Source of the DNA: Octopus sinensis
Taxonomy: Eukaryota
Length of the DNA stretch: 64,000 bases
Reading direction: 5' to 3'
Assembly: GCF_006345805.1 (NCBI RefSeq)
Contig: NC_043013.1
Coordinates: 40,424,001 to 40,488,000 of the forward strand
The position numbers were made by a program, and so were the translations under genes. Within the stretch, counting starts at the first letter, position 1. Each line of letters starts with the position of its first letter. This document shows, piece after piece, positions 25,981-36,763 of this stretch. The notes beneath the pieces were generated by a model. It made no database searches. It was not told where the DNA came from and saw only the letters and a list, made by a program, of their open reading frames with translations.

Positions 25981-27375
25981 TCACTAGCTATTATCGAACA
26001 AAATGCGTTTAATTCATTTCGTCCATTGAAACATGAAGTTGAAATCACTGAAAACATTTGTTGGTTTTCATGACAATTGAATAACAGCAAGTGTTGACAT
26101 TCAGGTTGCATCGGAAGATCGACCTGAATCTAGTTTTCAGTGTAGAGGTATGTGGGATATTTTGGAAACGTTTGAAAACTTTCTAAAAGTTGTAACTCAG
26201 AGGGAGAATGCAAAGTACCAGAATATAAAAATCCATTAAAGTTCGTCTCACATTGTTGTCAGGAGAAAATGTCAATTAAGAAGTAAAAAGCCAGTGTTTG
26301 TTTATTATTCATGTTGCAGTAAAAGGTGCATCTAAATTTAGTTTGTTATATGGCAATCTAGCACACACACACAAAATAAAATCTTGAGTTGTAAGAGGAC
26401 TTGTTTACAGAATGGCTCGTTGAACTTTTCTACCTTACTGTCAAATTTAAATGCAAGAAGAAAAATTTTGTGCCGAAGCCACTTCTTTTGGTCAACGCCG
26501 CTGGTCATTTTTCAGGTGTAGATTTACTTCAGACTTAAGATACCTTTTGAAGTGACTTCACTGCTACAGTGGGTGATTTTCAATTAATATTATTTCAGAA
26601 GACCTATAAGTTAACTGAATAGAGTGACTGATGGTAAACTTAACTGAAGTTTGGGAAGCTATGTCCAAATATAATGAAGACCATAGGGTAGAGCATGAAA
26701 TTGTCTCCGGTAAATTGCCATTTGAATGGAAATTTTGTTTTCACTAAAAAACATATATTGCTAGGTTTGTACCACTCTCATGAGACCCAACTGTACTTTA
26801 GCTGAGAAAACTAAAAAAAATCTCCGAAATCGACACTCATTCTCTGTCATTCGATAAACAAAAAATATCTTAAAATTTATTAAAAATCAAAATCAAATTG
26901 GTAAAGTTTCATCGAATCAGAAACTACTAATTTGGTGCTTTGTGAACAGGATTATAAAAAAATATTACCAACTTATTTTTTTCTGAAAAAGCAGTGAAAA
27001 ATAACGTTTTTCGAAAAGTGTGTCGCATGTTTGTTATCAGTCGGTGTCAAGAAGGTCAACAGGAGTTACTTTCATCTACCATCGGCTTATCAGCTATCGT
27101 CCTTCCCTATCCACTCGCTTGTCAACACTTGTGTGGACAAGGGAGAGAGAAAAATCAAGTTTAACCTTGCAGAACCAAACAATATCTTGATATTTTACAA
27201 TTTTTAAAAAATGTTTTTGCAACACTAAATGCATGCATTACGACTAAAGAGCCAGTTGGCTTTTGTTTTTCCCAGGCAGCGGCAATAACAAAAATTCCGA
27301 AAGTGATAACATAAATTTAACCGGTTTATAACTTTGTTAACTTCGTTAAATCAATTTTTCAATACCTTTATCAAT

Positions 27376-29081
27376 ATGGCAAGCGGTTATAAAAGTGCTG
27401 GTAAACGTACTTTGTTTGATGAAAATTGGACTGATTTTTTTTATTGAAATAGATAAGTGCATTTGTCTTATTTGCAACGAACAAGTAACCTTTCATAAAA
27501 AATATAATATAAGGAAGCATTTTATGAGTAAGCATAAGATTTATGGAAATTTGAAAGAATCTGAACGTTTTGACAAGATAGCCTCCTTGAAAGAAAATCT
27601 GACCAAAAGACAAACATTTTTTTAAAAGGCCAATTCTTGAGAGTTAATCAGTTACTGGAGCTAATTATGCGGTATACGAAAATATTGCTAAAAATCTCAA
27701 ACCACATAGCGATGGTGAATTCGTGAAAAAATGTCTCCTTACTGCTGTTGAGAATATATGCCAAGAAAAAATTAATTTGTTTGGAAATATTAGCTTATCA
27801 AGAAGAACTGTTTCCGATCGTATTAAAGATATTGCTGATCTCATTCAAAATTCTCTAAAATCTGATTCAGTAGAATTCGTATTGTATTCATTAGCTATTG
27901 ATAAGACAACTGATCTGTCTAATACTACTCACACGGCAATATTTATACGTGCAATAACTGCAAAATTCAACATTCGGGAAGAATTTCTTGCCTTGAAACC
28001 AATGCATGGAACAATTAGAGGTGATGGTTAATTTCATATGAAAAAATGAGTGGTCTTGCCACAGATGGCGCTCCATCTGTGGTCGGTCGTGAAAAAGGGT
28101 TCGTAGGTTTGATTAAGAATGAATTTAAGAAGCGACTTTTGGGCCCGCTTTATTCATATGGAAGTTTATGTGCAAAATCTCTCAAGATTGTCAATGCAAT
28201 TAAAGCTGTAACTAAGGCCGTTAATTTGATAAAAAGCAAAGGGTTGAATAATAGGGAATTTAAAGAATTTTTGAAAGATCTTGAAGCCCAATATGGGGAT
28301 TTATCACACCATTGTGAAGTTAAGTAAGGCCCAAATGCTTAAGCAATTTTATGAACTGAAGTAAGAAGCGAAATTTTTTATAGATATTAAAGGTGTTCCT
28401 ATTATAGAACTGGAAGATGAAAAGTTTCAAAGTGATTTAACATTTTTAGTAGATATAGCTAGCCATTTAAATAATACAAGGCTCCAATCAGCTAATAACC
28501 AGTTTGCTTTCTCATATCAAAAGCTTTGAATCGATGCTTCATTTATTTGTCATACAATTGAAAAGAAAGTACTTCACACATTTTCCGAAAATGAACGAAC
28601 AAAATCCCAAATCAATAAAGGAATATTCTGACGAGTGTGAAAGACTTTTGAAGAAATTTGAAAGATTTGAAGAAATACAAGATAAAATCGAACTATGTGT
28701 TTTTGAGACACCTTTTGATATGTGTCCTGAGGAGGCACCGGATTCCTTACAATTAGATTTAATTAATTTGCAATTGGATAACTTAATAAAATCAAAATAT
28801 AGTAATCTGTCTTTATTGAACTTCTACAAACCCATCAATCCTGAGAAATTACCTGCTTTACATAAAAATACCTTGAAATTCGTATCTCAATTTTCGACAA
28901 CTTATCAATATGAGCAGTTTTTTTTACCAAACTGAATTATGCAAAAAAATCGTCTTCGTACCGGACTTACTAACGAAAACCTGAGTAATGAAGTAAGAAT
29001 AGCAGTTTCTTCAAAGACATGATATTCCTAAACTTTCAAAAAAAAAAAAAAAAGAAAAAGTAGTTTCATTCTTCTCACTAA
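27376..29081 (+). pseudogene. hAT transposase pseudogene, SPIN/Buster (GTF2IRD2-like) type
   Basis: From ATG 27376 across several frameshifts and stops: FDENWTDF..CICLICNE..KKYNIRKHFMSKH (BED-like zinc finger); KPHSDGEFVKKCL; ISLSRRTV; YSLAIDKTTD (first D); LATDGAPSVVG (second D); FIHMESLCAKSL; TTYQYEQFF (catalytic E); end ..HSSH*. Confidence 0.9.
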
Positions 29082-29452
29082 GCAAAGCCAAATTTTAAAG
29101 TAAAGGTTAATTACCTTTAATAAAATGATCACTAGGATAAATTTGTTCAAACATGTCATTTACACATAATACTATTTAGGTATTAATGTAATTTTTCAAA
29201 TTAAATTCGGTCTGTGCTTAACTGTTATGATTTCTCCAACATTAGGATAGGTACATTTTGAAAACTATAGAATACCTCATAAGTAATATAAACGTCCTAA
29301 ATTCAGTGGTGGCGTTAATGAAGGTGTTACGCGTTAATTTAATGTGTTAAACTTATCTTTATTAATGTATATCGAATTATACAAAGATATATACACAGAA
29401 CTTGTGAACCGCCCGCGGACTTTTTTCTTTGGAATATTTTGCCCACCGCACT

Positions 29453-29480
29453 AAAAAGTTTCCCCACCCCTGGTTTAAAT
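29453..29480. mobile_element. Right TIR of the hAT element with adjacent nnnTAnnn 8-mer
   Basis: aaaaagtttccccacccctg ends at 29472 (revcomp CAGGGGTGGGGAAACT). It is followed by gtttaaat, which fits the nnnTAnnn target preference of Buster-type hATs. No matching left TIR found. Confidence 0.7.
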
Positions 29481-29861
29481 GATGCTTTTTTTTTTCTTAC
29501 CTCCGTCAAAGTAGTTTATTATAGCATCAAGAAGTTTGTTTTGTCTGAATATTGGTCAACAATTATTCAAGTATTTCAACAAATGGTTTTCGTTTCCAGA
29601 ATGTTGACTATACAAGTAGGAAACGTTTCAATGAAAAGACAAAAGAAGAAAAAAAAAAACACAACATATATATATATATATAAATTACCTCTTGCAAGTG
29701 ATCGGCGGACTGTTATCTGAAATGATAAAAATAATATTAATTATTTTTCAAGCAAGTTCATTAATTTTTGCGGTAAAAGAAAAATAAACTAAAAACAAAA
29801 AATAGAAAAGCAAAAAAAAAAATAATAATAATTTAGACTATATAACTGTATATGTGTAAGG

Positions 29862-30246
29862 GTGGAGGCGCAATGGCCCAGTGGTTAGGGCAGCGGACTC
29901 GCGGTCATATGATCGCGGTTTCGATTCCTAGACCGGGCGTTGTGAGTGTTTATTGAGCGAAAACACCTAAAGGTCCACGAGGCTCCGGCAGGGGATGGTG
30001 GTGATCCCTGCTGTACTCTTTCACCACAACTTTCTCTCACTCTTACTTCCTGTTTCTGTTGTACCTGTATTTCAAAGGGCCGGCCTTGTCACTCTCTGTG
30101 TCACGCTGGATATCCCCGAGAACTACGTTAAGGGTACACGTGTCTGTGGAGTGCTCAGCTACTTACACGTTAATTTCACGAGCAGGCTGTTCCGTTGATT
30201 CGGATCAACCGGACCCCTCGTCGTCGTAACCGACGGAGTGCTTCCA
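29862..30246 (+). mobile_element. Young full-length tRNA-derived SINE with 12-bp TSD
   Basis: Pol III A box (tggcccagtgg) and B box (gtttcgattcc). Flanked by ATATGTGTAAGG at 29850-29861 and 30248-30259. Confidence 0.92.
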
Positions 30247-30817
30247 CATATGTGTAAGGATGGAATCATAAGGATGATCATGACATACTGCGTTTTTGAG
30301 CATTTTCAGAATGGCGAAGTTCATGTCACTCCTGGTTTGAACACAGCTTTCTTTCAGAGAGCAGGAAGAAAAATTGGCACCAGTGCTAGTACTTTGTGAA
30401 TTCCGGAAGAGAGAAAGGAAAAGCTGACCCAGCGGGATTTAAACTAAGAAAGACGATTTGAATGCTACAAGCCATAATTTGACGTTCTAACAACTCTGTC
30501 AAATATGTACCCGGGTATAGAATGAAGTTTTCTATGTGATAGTATTTAGGCTAAGTTGTCCTTGTTTAACTTTAGGTGAGGTCTACACGAGCAGACCTAT
30601 GATTAGAGACAATCGAGTGGTGACCAACCTATCTGCTTGTATATCTACCACTGCATTGTCCAAGGTATCGATCCGTTTTCAATATTATAGTGTGAGGTTT
30701 GAGAGACGTTAATTGCTCTTTCTAACAGGCTGAGCGATCACAGATGTTCTTTTGGTTTCTTTCTTTAGGCTAAATTATTTGACAGGAGTCATAGAATTTC
30801 ATTATATCTGTCAGTCA

Positions 30818-31363
30818 AGGCGTCGAGATGGCAGAATCGTTAGCACGCCGGGCGAAATGCGTAGCCGTATTTCGTCTGCCGTTACGTTCTGAGTTCAAAT
30901 TCCGCCGAGGTCGACTTTGCCTTTCATCCTTTTGGGGTCGATAAATTAAGTACCAGTTACGCACTGGGGTCGATATAATCAACTTAATCCGTTTGTCCTC
31001 TCTGTGTTTAGCCCCATGTGGGTAGTAAAGAATAGGTATTTCGTCTGCCGCTACGTTCTGAGTTCAAATTCCGCCGAGGTCGACTTTGCCTTTCATCCTT
31101 TCGAGGTCGATTAAATAAGTACCAGCTACGTACTGGGGTCGATATAATCGACTTAATCCGTTTGTTTGTCCTCTCTGTGGGTAGTAAAGAAATAGGTATT
31201 TCGTCTGCCGTTACGTTCTGAGTTCAAATTCCGCCGAGGTCGACTTTACCTTTCCTCCTTTCCGGTCGATAAATTAAGTGCCAGTTGCGTATTGGGTCGA
31301 TCTAATCGACTGATCACATCACCAAAAAATTTTGGGCCTTGTGCCTAGAGTAGAAAAGATTAT
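30818..31363 (+). mobile_element. Nin/Deu-domain SINE containing three tandem core units separated by Tx1-type 3' tails
   Basis: The core gtatttcgtctgcc..gtcgactttgcctttcatcc..gtcgat starts at 30867, 31036 and 31196. The first two cores are followed by gtttgtcctctctgtg..gtgggtagtaaagaa(a)t. Confidence 0.85.
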
Positions 31364-32083
31364 AACTGTCAGTTTTGTACTCCTAGTTCGGAAACTATAT
31401 CATATTTTAAAGATCATCCGAAAAATCTCGGAGTGATTCCGATTTGCAGTTGGAACTGTTTTACTCATGTCGGCTATGTCCTTCAGAAAAGCGTGAATTC
31501 TCCCGCTTCTAGCTTACGCTACGCTCTGGTAATCCAACTTCGTCTATGAAGTTATGTCATGTTAAGCTTAAATGTGGTAATTATACACAATCGTTCTCTC
31601 AACCAGCATTTTCACACATGTACGCGTGTACAAACATATACACACGTACATGTGCGCGCATACTCACGTAGACATTCGTCATTTGCAAACCATCAAAGTT
31701 AAAGAAAGACAATAGTGACTGAACGGTATCACACCCTGAACATTAACTGGAGAAAATACCTCGGGGTCTGGTGCATGAAAAAGTTGGTGACAAAATATGA
31801 TAAATGTAGAGAACCAAGACATTTCTAATCAATTTACATTACTGCTGTAGCTAGGAGAAAAACTTAATGATTTAGCTTAATGATTAATACTAATCAAGAA
31901 AGTTAAGGGAGATAACCCCGGAATTTGAATTTAATTTTAATTAAGAATAGAATACCGTGGGGAATAATTTTGATTTATGGTAGATTAGTGTTTTTGCTAG
32001 TAGAATTTACTTGATTAAGTTATTAGCTTTTTTGCTGTTTTCAGATAGCGATACGAGAGATATAATTACAATTCAACGTTTCC

Positions 32084-32086
<3 letters not shown>

Positions 32087-32171
<85 letters not shown>

Positions 32172-32173
32172 CT
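32087..32173. repeat. (TC)n microsatellite
   Basis: Long, nearly pure TC tract. Confidence 0.95.
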
Positions 32174-32523
32174 CCATCTATCTGTCTCTTACTTAACAAA
32201 TATTGCCTTAGTAACAGGAATTCAGTTACTGGATTCTTTACAAATGGATATTAATTGTTTTTGTAAGGACAGATTCGATTCTTTGACAAATGCTTAGGCC
32301 ATTTGGTACTGTTTGAAATTTCACGCCCACTCATTTGTAAACCAATATGAAATATAGACAACAACTCTTACGTACTTACACATGCATGACCAATGGAGTG
32401 CGTCTCTTCCTTTCCTTCTGACTCTCTCTCTCTCTCTCTCTCTCTCCACTTACATACATGCACCCACACTCAGCGTGAGCAATATTTATATGCAAATAAA
32501 GACTAAGAGGGAGATGGTAAATA

Positions 32524-32664
32524 TTAGGTTGTCCCAAAAGTTCGTAAACACTTGCGAAAATTGAATTTTTACTCGCCAAGTACTAACAAAAACAACAAAA
32601 ATTATTCCTCAAAATAAAGACCATTATTTTCCAAGACTTTCTACGAACTTTTGGGACAACCTTA
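32524..32664. mobile_element. Mariner-type MITE (~140 bp)
   Basis: Perfect 21-bp TIR aggttgtcccaaaagttcgta (32526-32546) / tacgaacttttgggacaacct (32642-32662), with TA flanks. Confidence 0.88.
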
Positions 32665-32673
32665 TATATATAT

Positions 32674-32674
<1 letters not shown>

Positions 32675-32758
<84 letters not shown>
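32675..32758. repeat. (GA)n microsatellite
   Basis: Long, pure GA tract. Confidence 0.95.
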
Positions 32759-32761
<3 letters not shown>

Positions 32762-33644
32762 GTATTGTTTACAATGAAAAAAGCGTAAAAGACAAAGAAA
32801 GAGGCAGCTAGAGACGGGATCTTTTCAGTTGCTGTCACAGATTTTGAAATTTTGAAATTAAGTGAAAATTTTCAATTTTGGTATATTGATGTAATTTTTC
32901 ACTCTGAATCCAATTTTGGGATTCGTTTATTCCAGAAAGAAAATTAGGAAAACGTTACACATGTTCAAAGCTTCATAATTTTTACCCAACCAGAAAACGG
33001 GATTTGGAAGGTAGTATTTGTGGAGAACCAAGAAATTTTTAATTGATTAACGTTACTGCCGTAGCAAAGAGAAAAAAACAGTACATTAGATTAATGGTTA
33101 ATACTAATCAAGATAGTCAAGAAAGTTAAGGGAGATCACCCCGGAATTTAAATTCATAAAATGGAAGCAAACAGATTACAGCGACGAAGTCTTAAACAAA
33201 ATGAAAGAAATTACTTGTCATTTGAAGACTCAGAGGGAGTGATAGGAGGAGAGCAGCATGAACGAGAGATATACATATACAGAGAAAGAGTGAGAGAGTG
33301 TGTGGAAAGAGAGAGGGATGACAGAAAGGAGATTTAGCGATCTAAAACTTTAGTTATTTTTCGTATCAAATTGTATCTTTTGGATATTATTTACTGAAAA
33401 CCTCCTCTTTGGGATGCAGATTTCAGAGCCTTTGGGGGTTATATACTCAGACATAGACACATACACTCTCATTTGTCTAGTAGATATACATACACATGCA
33501 TGTATACGTATGTATATAGAGATAATGATGCAAATAAACAAATAAAACTGTTTCGGTTAGATATACATATATGAATACATGTAAATAGAGAGAAAACAAC
33601 GACTGAAATTTTCCAGACGATGAATATTCAAGTATAAATATATA

Positions 33645-35657
33645 TCAGGTTGAGGAAAAAGTAAGCAATGTTTTGAACCATGACGAATTTGTACCGGATT
33701 TTTGCAGAGTTTTGAATTGTTTTGAAACATTTTTTTTGAAATTGTCTGATAATATAGATACGGACTTACCCAAATGCATCAATAAATTAACATTGATATT
33801 TTTTTCACCGTTGTTACAATCATTTGTGACCGAGTTGATCGTGAATTTTGTTTGTGCGAAAGGTTAGTCAAAGTTGTATTTGTTATTAATTGTTGTGTCT
33901 TGAGACACTTGTTTTTGCTGCCTTACGGCAGTTTTGTTATGAGAGTCCCCCTTGTTTGAAGGATGAAGCGCTATAAAGAAATGGAGAGAATGAGCTACTC
34001 AGACCTGTTGTCGTCTGAGGAGGAGCTGGTGAGATGTCTAGACGAAATAGAGAGACAGAGCGGAACAGTTTCGCAGAGGCGGTGAGACGGCAGTCTGAAG
34101 ATGTGTGTTAGGAGGGAATTGAAAGATTCCAAGAAATGATAAAAAGGAAGAGGAACAATGTCAAGGAATCTCCTCCCAGGGAAACTACCGAAAGGACAGC
34201 CAAAAGAACGGTGTTGTATAGAACATACAATGTAAGACTGCATCGGATAGAGGTGGCTACGAAAGCTGAAGTGGAAAGGGCTGTGCGGCCCATTTGGAAA
34301 GAGGTGGATTACCTAGCTAGAGGGAGAAAGTTCGCAACGGTGGAGGTGCGGTTTGCGTCCGAGGATGAATGGACACAATCTAAAAGGAAGAAAACTAATA
34401 AAAGGTCTGAGGGAAAAAATGTGAAGTCTCACCCAATTCCATGCTGTTACACCCTCCCTCTGCAGTCACTAACCGTCCTCTTGCCCCTCCTGACACAGAC
34501 AATAACACAGACAGTTGCCCAAAACTCCCTAACCCTAACACCGAAAAAGTGTTTTGGTTTAATGGAAAACTGTGGGACAGAAACATTGGACATAGGCGTA
34601 CCAGCAGATACAAGTAATTTGCCGCCTAAGTTAAGGTATCTTAATCATAAGTTTGTAAAAAAAAGTGTAAATGAAGTCAGGGATGTAGGGTCGAGTGGCT
34701 TCATTCCATTTCATTATTCATTTTTTCAATTTTCCCATTCGTTTGTCTTTTTTCGTCCCCACTTATATGTTTGTATTTAGCCCCCTGTGGGTAATAAAGA
34801 AATCGCTGTTACAATAATCTAAAAGAGAACTGTCAAAGCGTGATATTCGAGCAATTTTTGCTATTCAACCTCAAAAAAGGACGTAAAGCAGCCGAAAGTG
34901 CTCGCGATATGAAGGAAACGTTTGGTGAGAAAATGACCAGTGAGTGGTCAGCTCGAAAGTGGTTTAAACGATTTCGCAGTGGAGACCTGAGCCTTGAAGA
35001 TCGCGAGCGTAGTTGGCGCCCATCTATCATCGATGACGGTCAGTTAAAGACCGTCTTTGAGAAAGATTCACGTAAACCACTCGAGAACTGGCAAAAGAAC
35101 TTCAAGTTTGCCAGAAAACTGCCTGCAACCATTTGCATGCGATTGGAAAATCAAAAAAGATCGACAAATGGATACCACACGATTTGAATGAAAATCAGAA
35201 AATGCGCAGATATGAAATTTGTTCGTTGCTTCTTCTCTGTAAACAGACCGACCCATTTCTCGACCGCGTTTTAACTTGCGGTGAAAAGTGGATTCTGTAC
35301 AATAATAATAAAAAAGAAACGTTCTTCGCAGTAGTTGGGCCAAAATGAAGCACCGAAAAGCTTCCCTAAACCCGAGCTCTTCAAATAGAAGTTTATGGTG
35401 ACTGTATGGTGGTTTTTCAAGCGCCTAGATGGTTTCCTGCGAGAGAAGGAGTTAAAAAATCAAACCGATGCTGAAAGTGCAGTTCAAAGAATTCATCAAC
35501 TCCTGAACTCCAGATTTTTATGTTACCGGAATAAACAAACCTGTAACTCGTTGGCAAAACTGTGTTGATTGTAATGGTACTTACTTCGATGAATAATATT
35601 TCTACATTGTGATGAACTTCATGTTTCAAAACGTTGCTTACTTTTTACTCAACCTGA
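33645..35657 (+). mobile_element. Mariner (DD34D) element copy A, internally deleted, carrying a Tx1-type insert
   Basis: TIRs tcaggttgaggaaaaagtaagcaatgttttgaaccatg and catgtttcaaaacgttgcttactttttactcaacctga. Transposase remnants ELSKRDIR, FKRFRSGDLSLEDRERS, KWIPHDL, TCGEKWILYNN, RWQNCVDCNGTYFDE*. Confidence 0.9.
33821..34803 (+). mobile_element. Tx1-clade non-LTR unit 1, copy A (ORF1-only, ~470-bp internal deletion)
   Basis: Bounded by cgttgttacaat (33809-33820) and cgctgttacaat (34804-34815). Colinear with 53977-55429. Ends cccctgtgggtaataaagaaat. Confidence 0.85.
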
Positions 35658-35806
35658 TGGATATATATATATATTAATAGAGCAAACTTTAACAGAGTAC
35701 AAAGACACAGAAAATTAAAGGGGAGAAAGTATGGTGTAACAGGTCCGATAGGTGTTTCTAGGGACTAGGGGTTCATGGATGTTTGTAGAGTTATTTTATA
35801 ATGTTG

Positions 35807-35870
<64 letters not shown>

Positions 35871-36392
35871 TACACGCATGCGCGTGCATGTTTGTGTAAG
35901 TGTATCTGTGATTTATATATATACTTGGAACATTCTACATTATACCACACACTGTCATATAATTCTCGTCACATAGTTTATTAAGCAGTGACATTCTGGC
36001 GGTGGGTAAAATATTTAAAACAACGTAAGTCTGGGACATCTAACAGCCTCGCGTGAAAATTTCTTTTTAGCACTACGATAGATTTTGATTCTGTTAACAA
36101 AACTCACGACTTTTTAAAGTCAGCTATCTTCAGCAAACCAGATAGTAGTAAGTACTTTGTTGTACTTTGTAAACAACGCAACTTTTAATTGACCACTGCT
36201 TCGAAGAAATGGACGAAGGGAACGAAAATTCGTTTTGGATTTGTTAATCTCTTTGTTTAACAAAGAAATTAACAATACAGCAAGAAAACTCATCTATATG
36301 GTTCACAGAGGGTGGGGAAGTACGCATGCGCGCACCCACACACACACACATACACACACAATTCTATCCTAACGTTTATCCCGTTCTAGTAT

Positions 36393-36763
36393 GGGGAAGC
36401 ACTCCGTCGAGGGTTCCGGTTGATCCGATCAACGGAACAGCCTGCTCGTGAAATTAACGTGTAAGTGGCTGAACACTCCACAGACACGTGTACCCTTAAC
36501 GTAGTTCTCGGGGATATTCAGCGTGACACAGAGAGTGACAAGGCCGGCCCTTTGAAATACAGGTACAACAGAAACAGGAAGTAAGGGTGAGAGAAAGTTG
36601 TGGTGAAAGAGTACAGCAGGGATCACCACCATCCCTGCCGGAGCCTCGTGGAGCTTTAGGTGTTTTCGCTCAATAAACACTCACAACGCCCGGTCTGGGA
36701 ATCGAAACCGCGATCCTACGACCGCGAGTCTGCTGCCCTAACCACTGGGCCATTGCGCCTCCA
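36393..36763 (-). mobile_element. Young full-length tRNA-derived SINE with 12-bp TSD (same family as 29862-30246)
   Basis: Reverse complement differs from 29862-30246 at ~12 positions plus a 12-bp deletion near the 3' end. TSD CCGTTCTAGTAT at 36381-36392 and 36764-36775. Confidence 0.92.

Noticed and set aside
26000-27375. Search for the left TIR (CAGGGGTGGG) and matching gtttaaat TSD of the hAT element
   Set aside because: Not found, so the left boundary of the element is not called.
29862-29935. tRNA-like sequence (also at 36690-36763, 45920-45990, 49967-50040)
   Set aside because: A and B boxes are present, but each runs into a SINE body and has TSDs or multiple copies; no complete cloverleaf. 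These are SINE heads, not tRNA genes.
30867-31310. Regularly spaced repeats superficially like a CRISPR array
   Set aside because: Eukaryotic context, ~120-bp repeat units, and near-identical spacers; it is a tandem SINE structure.
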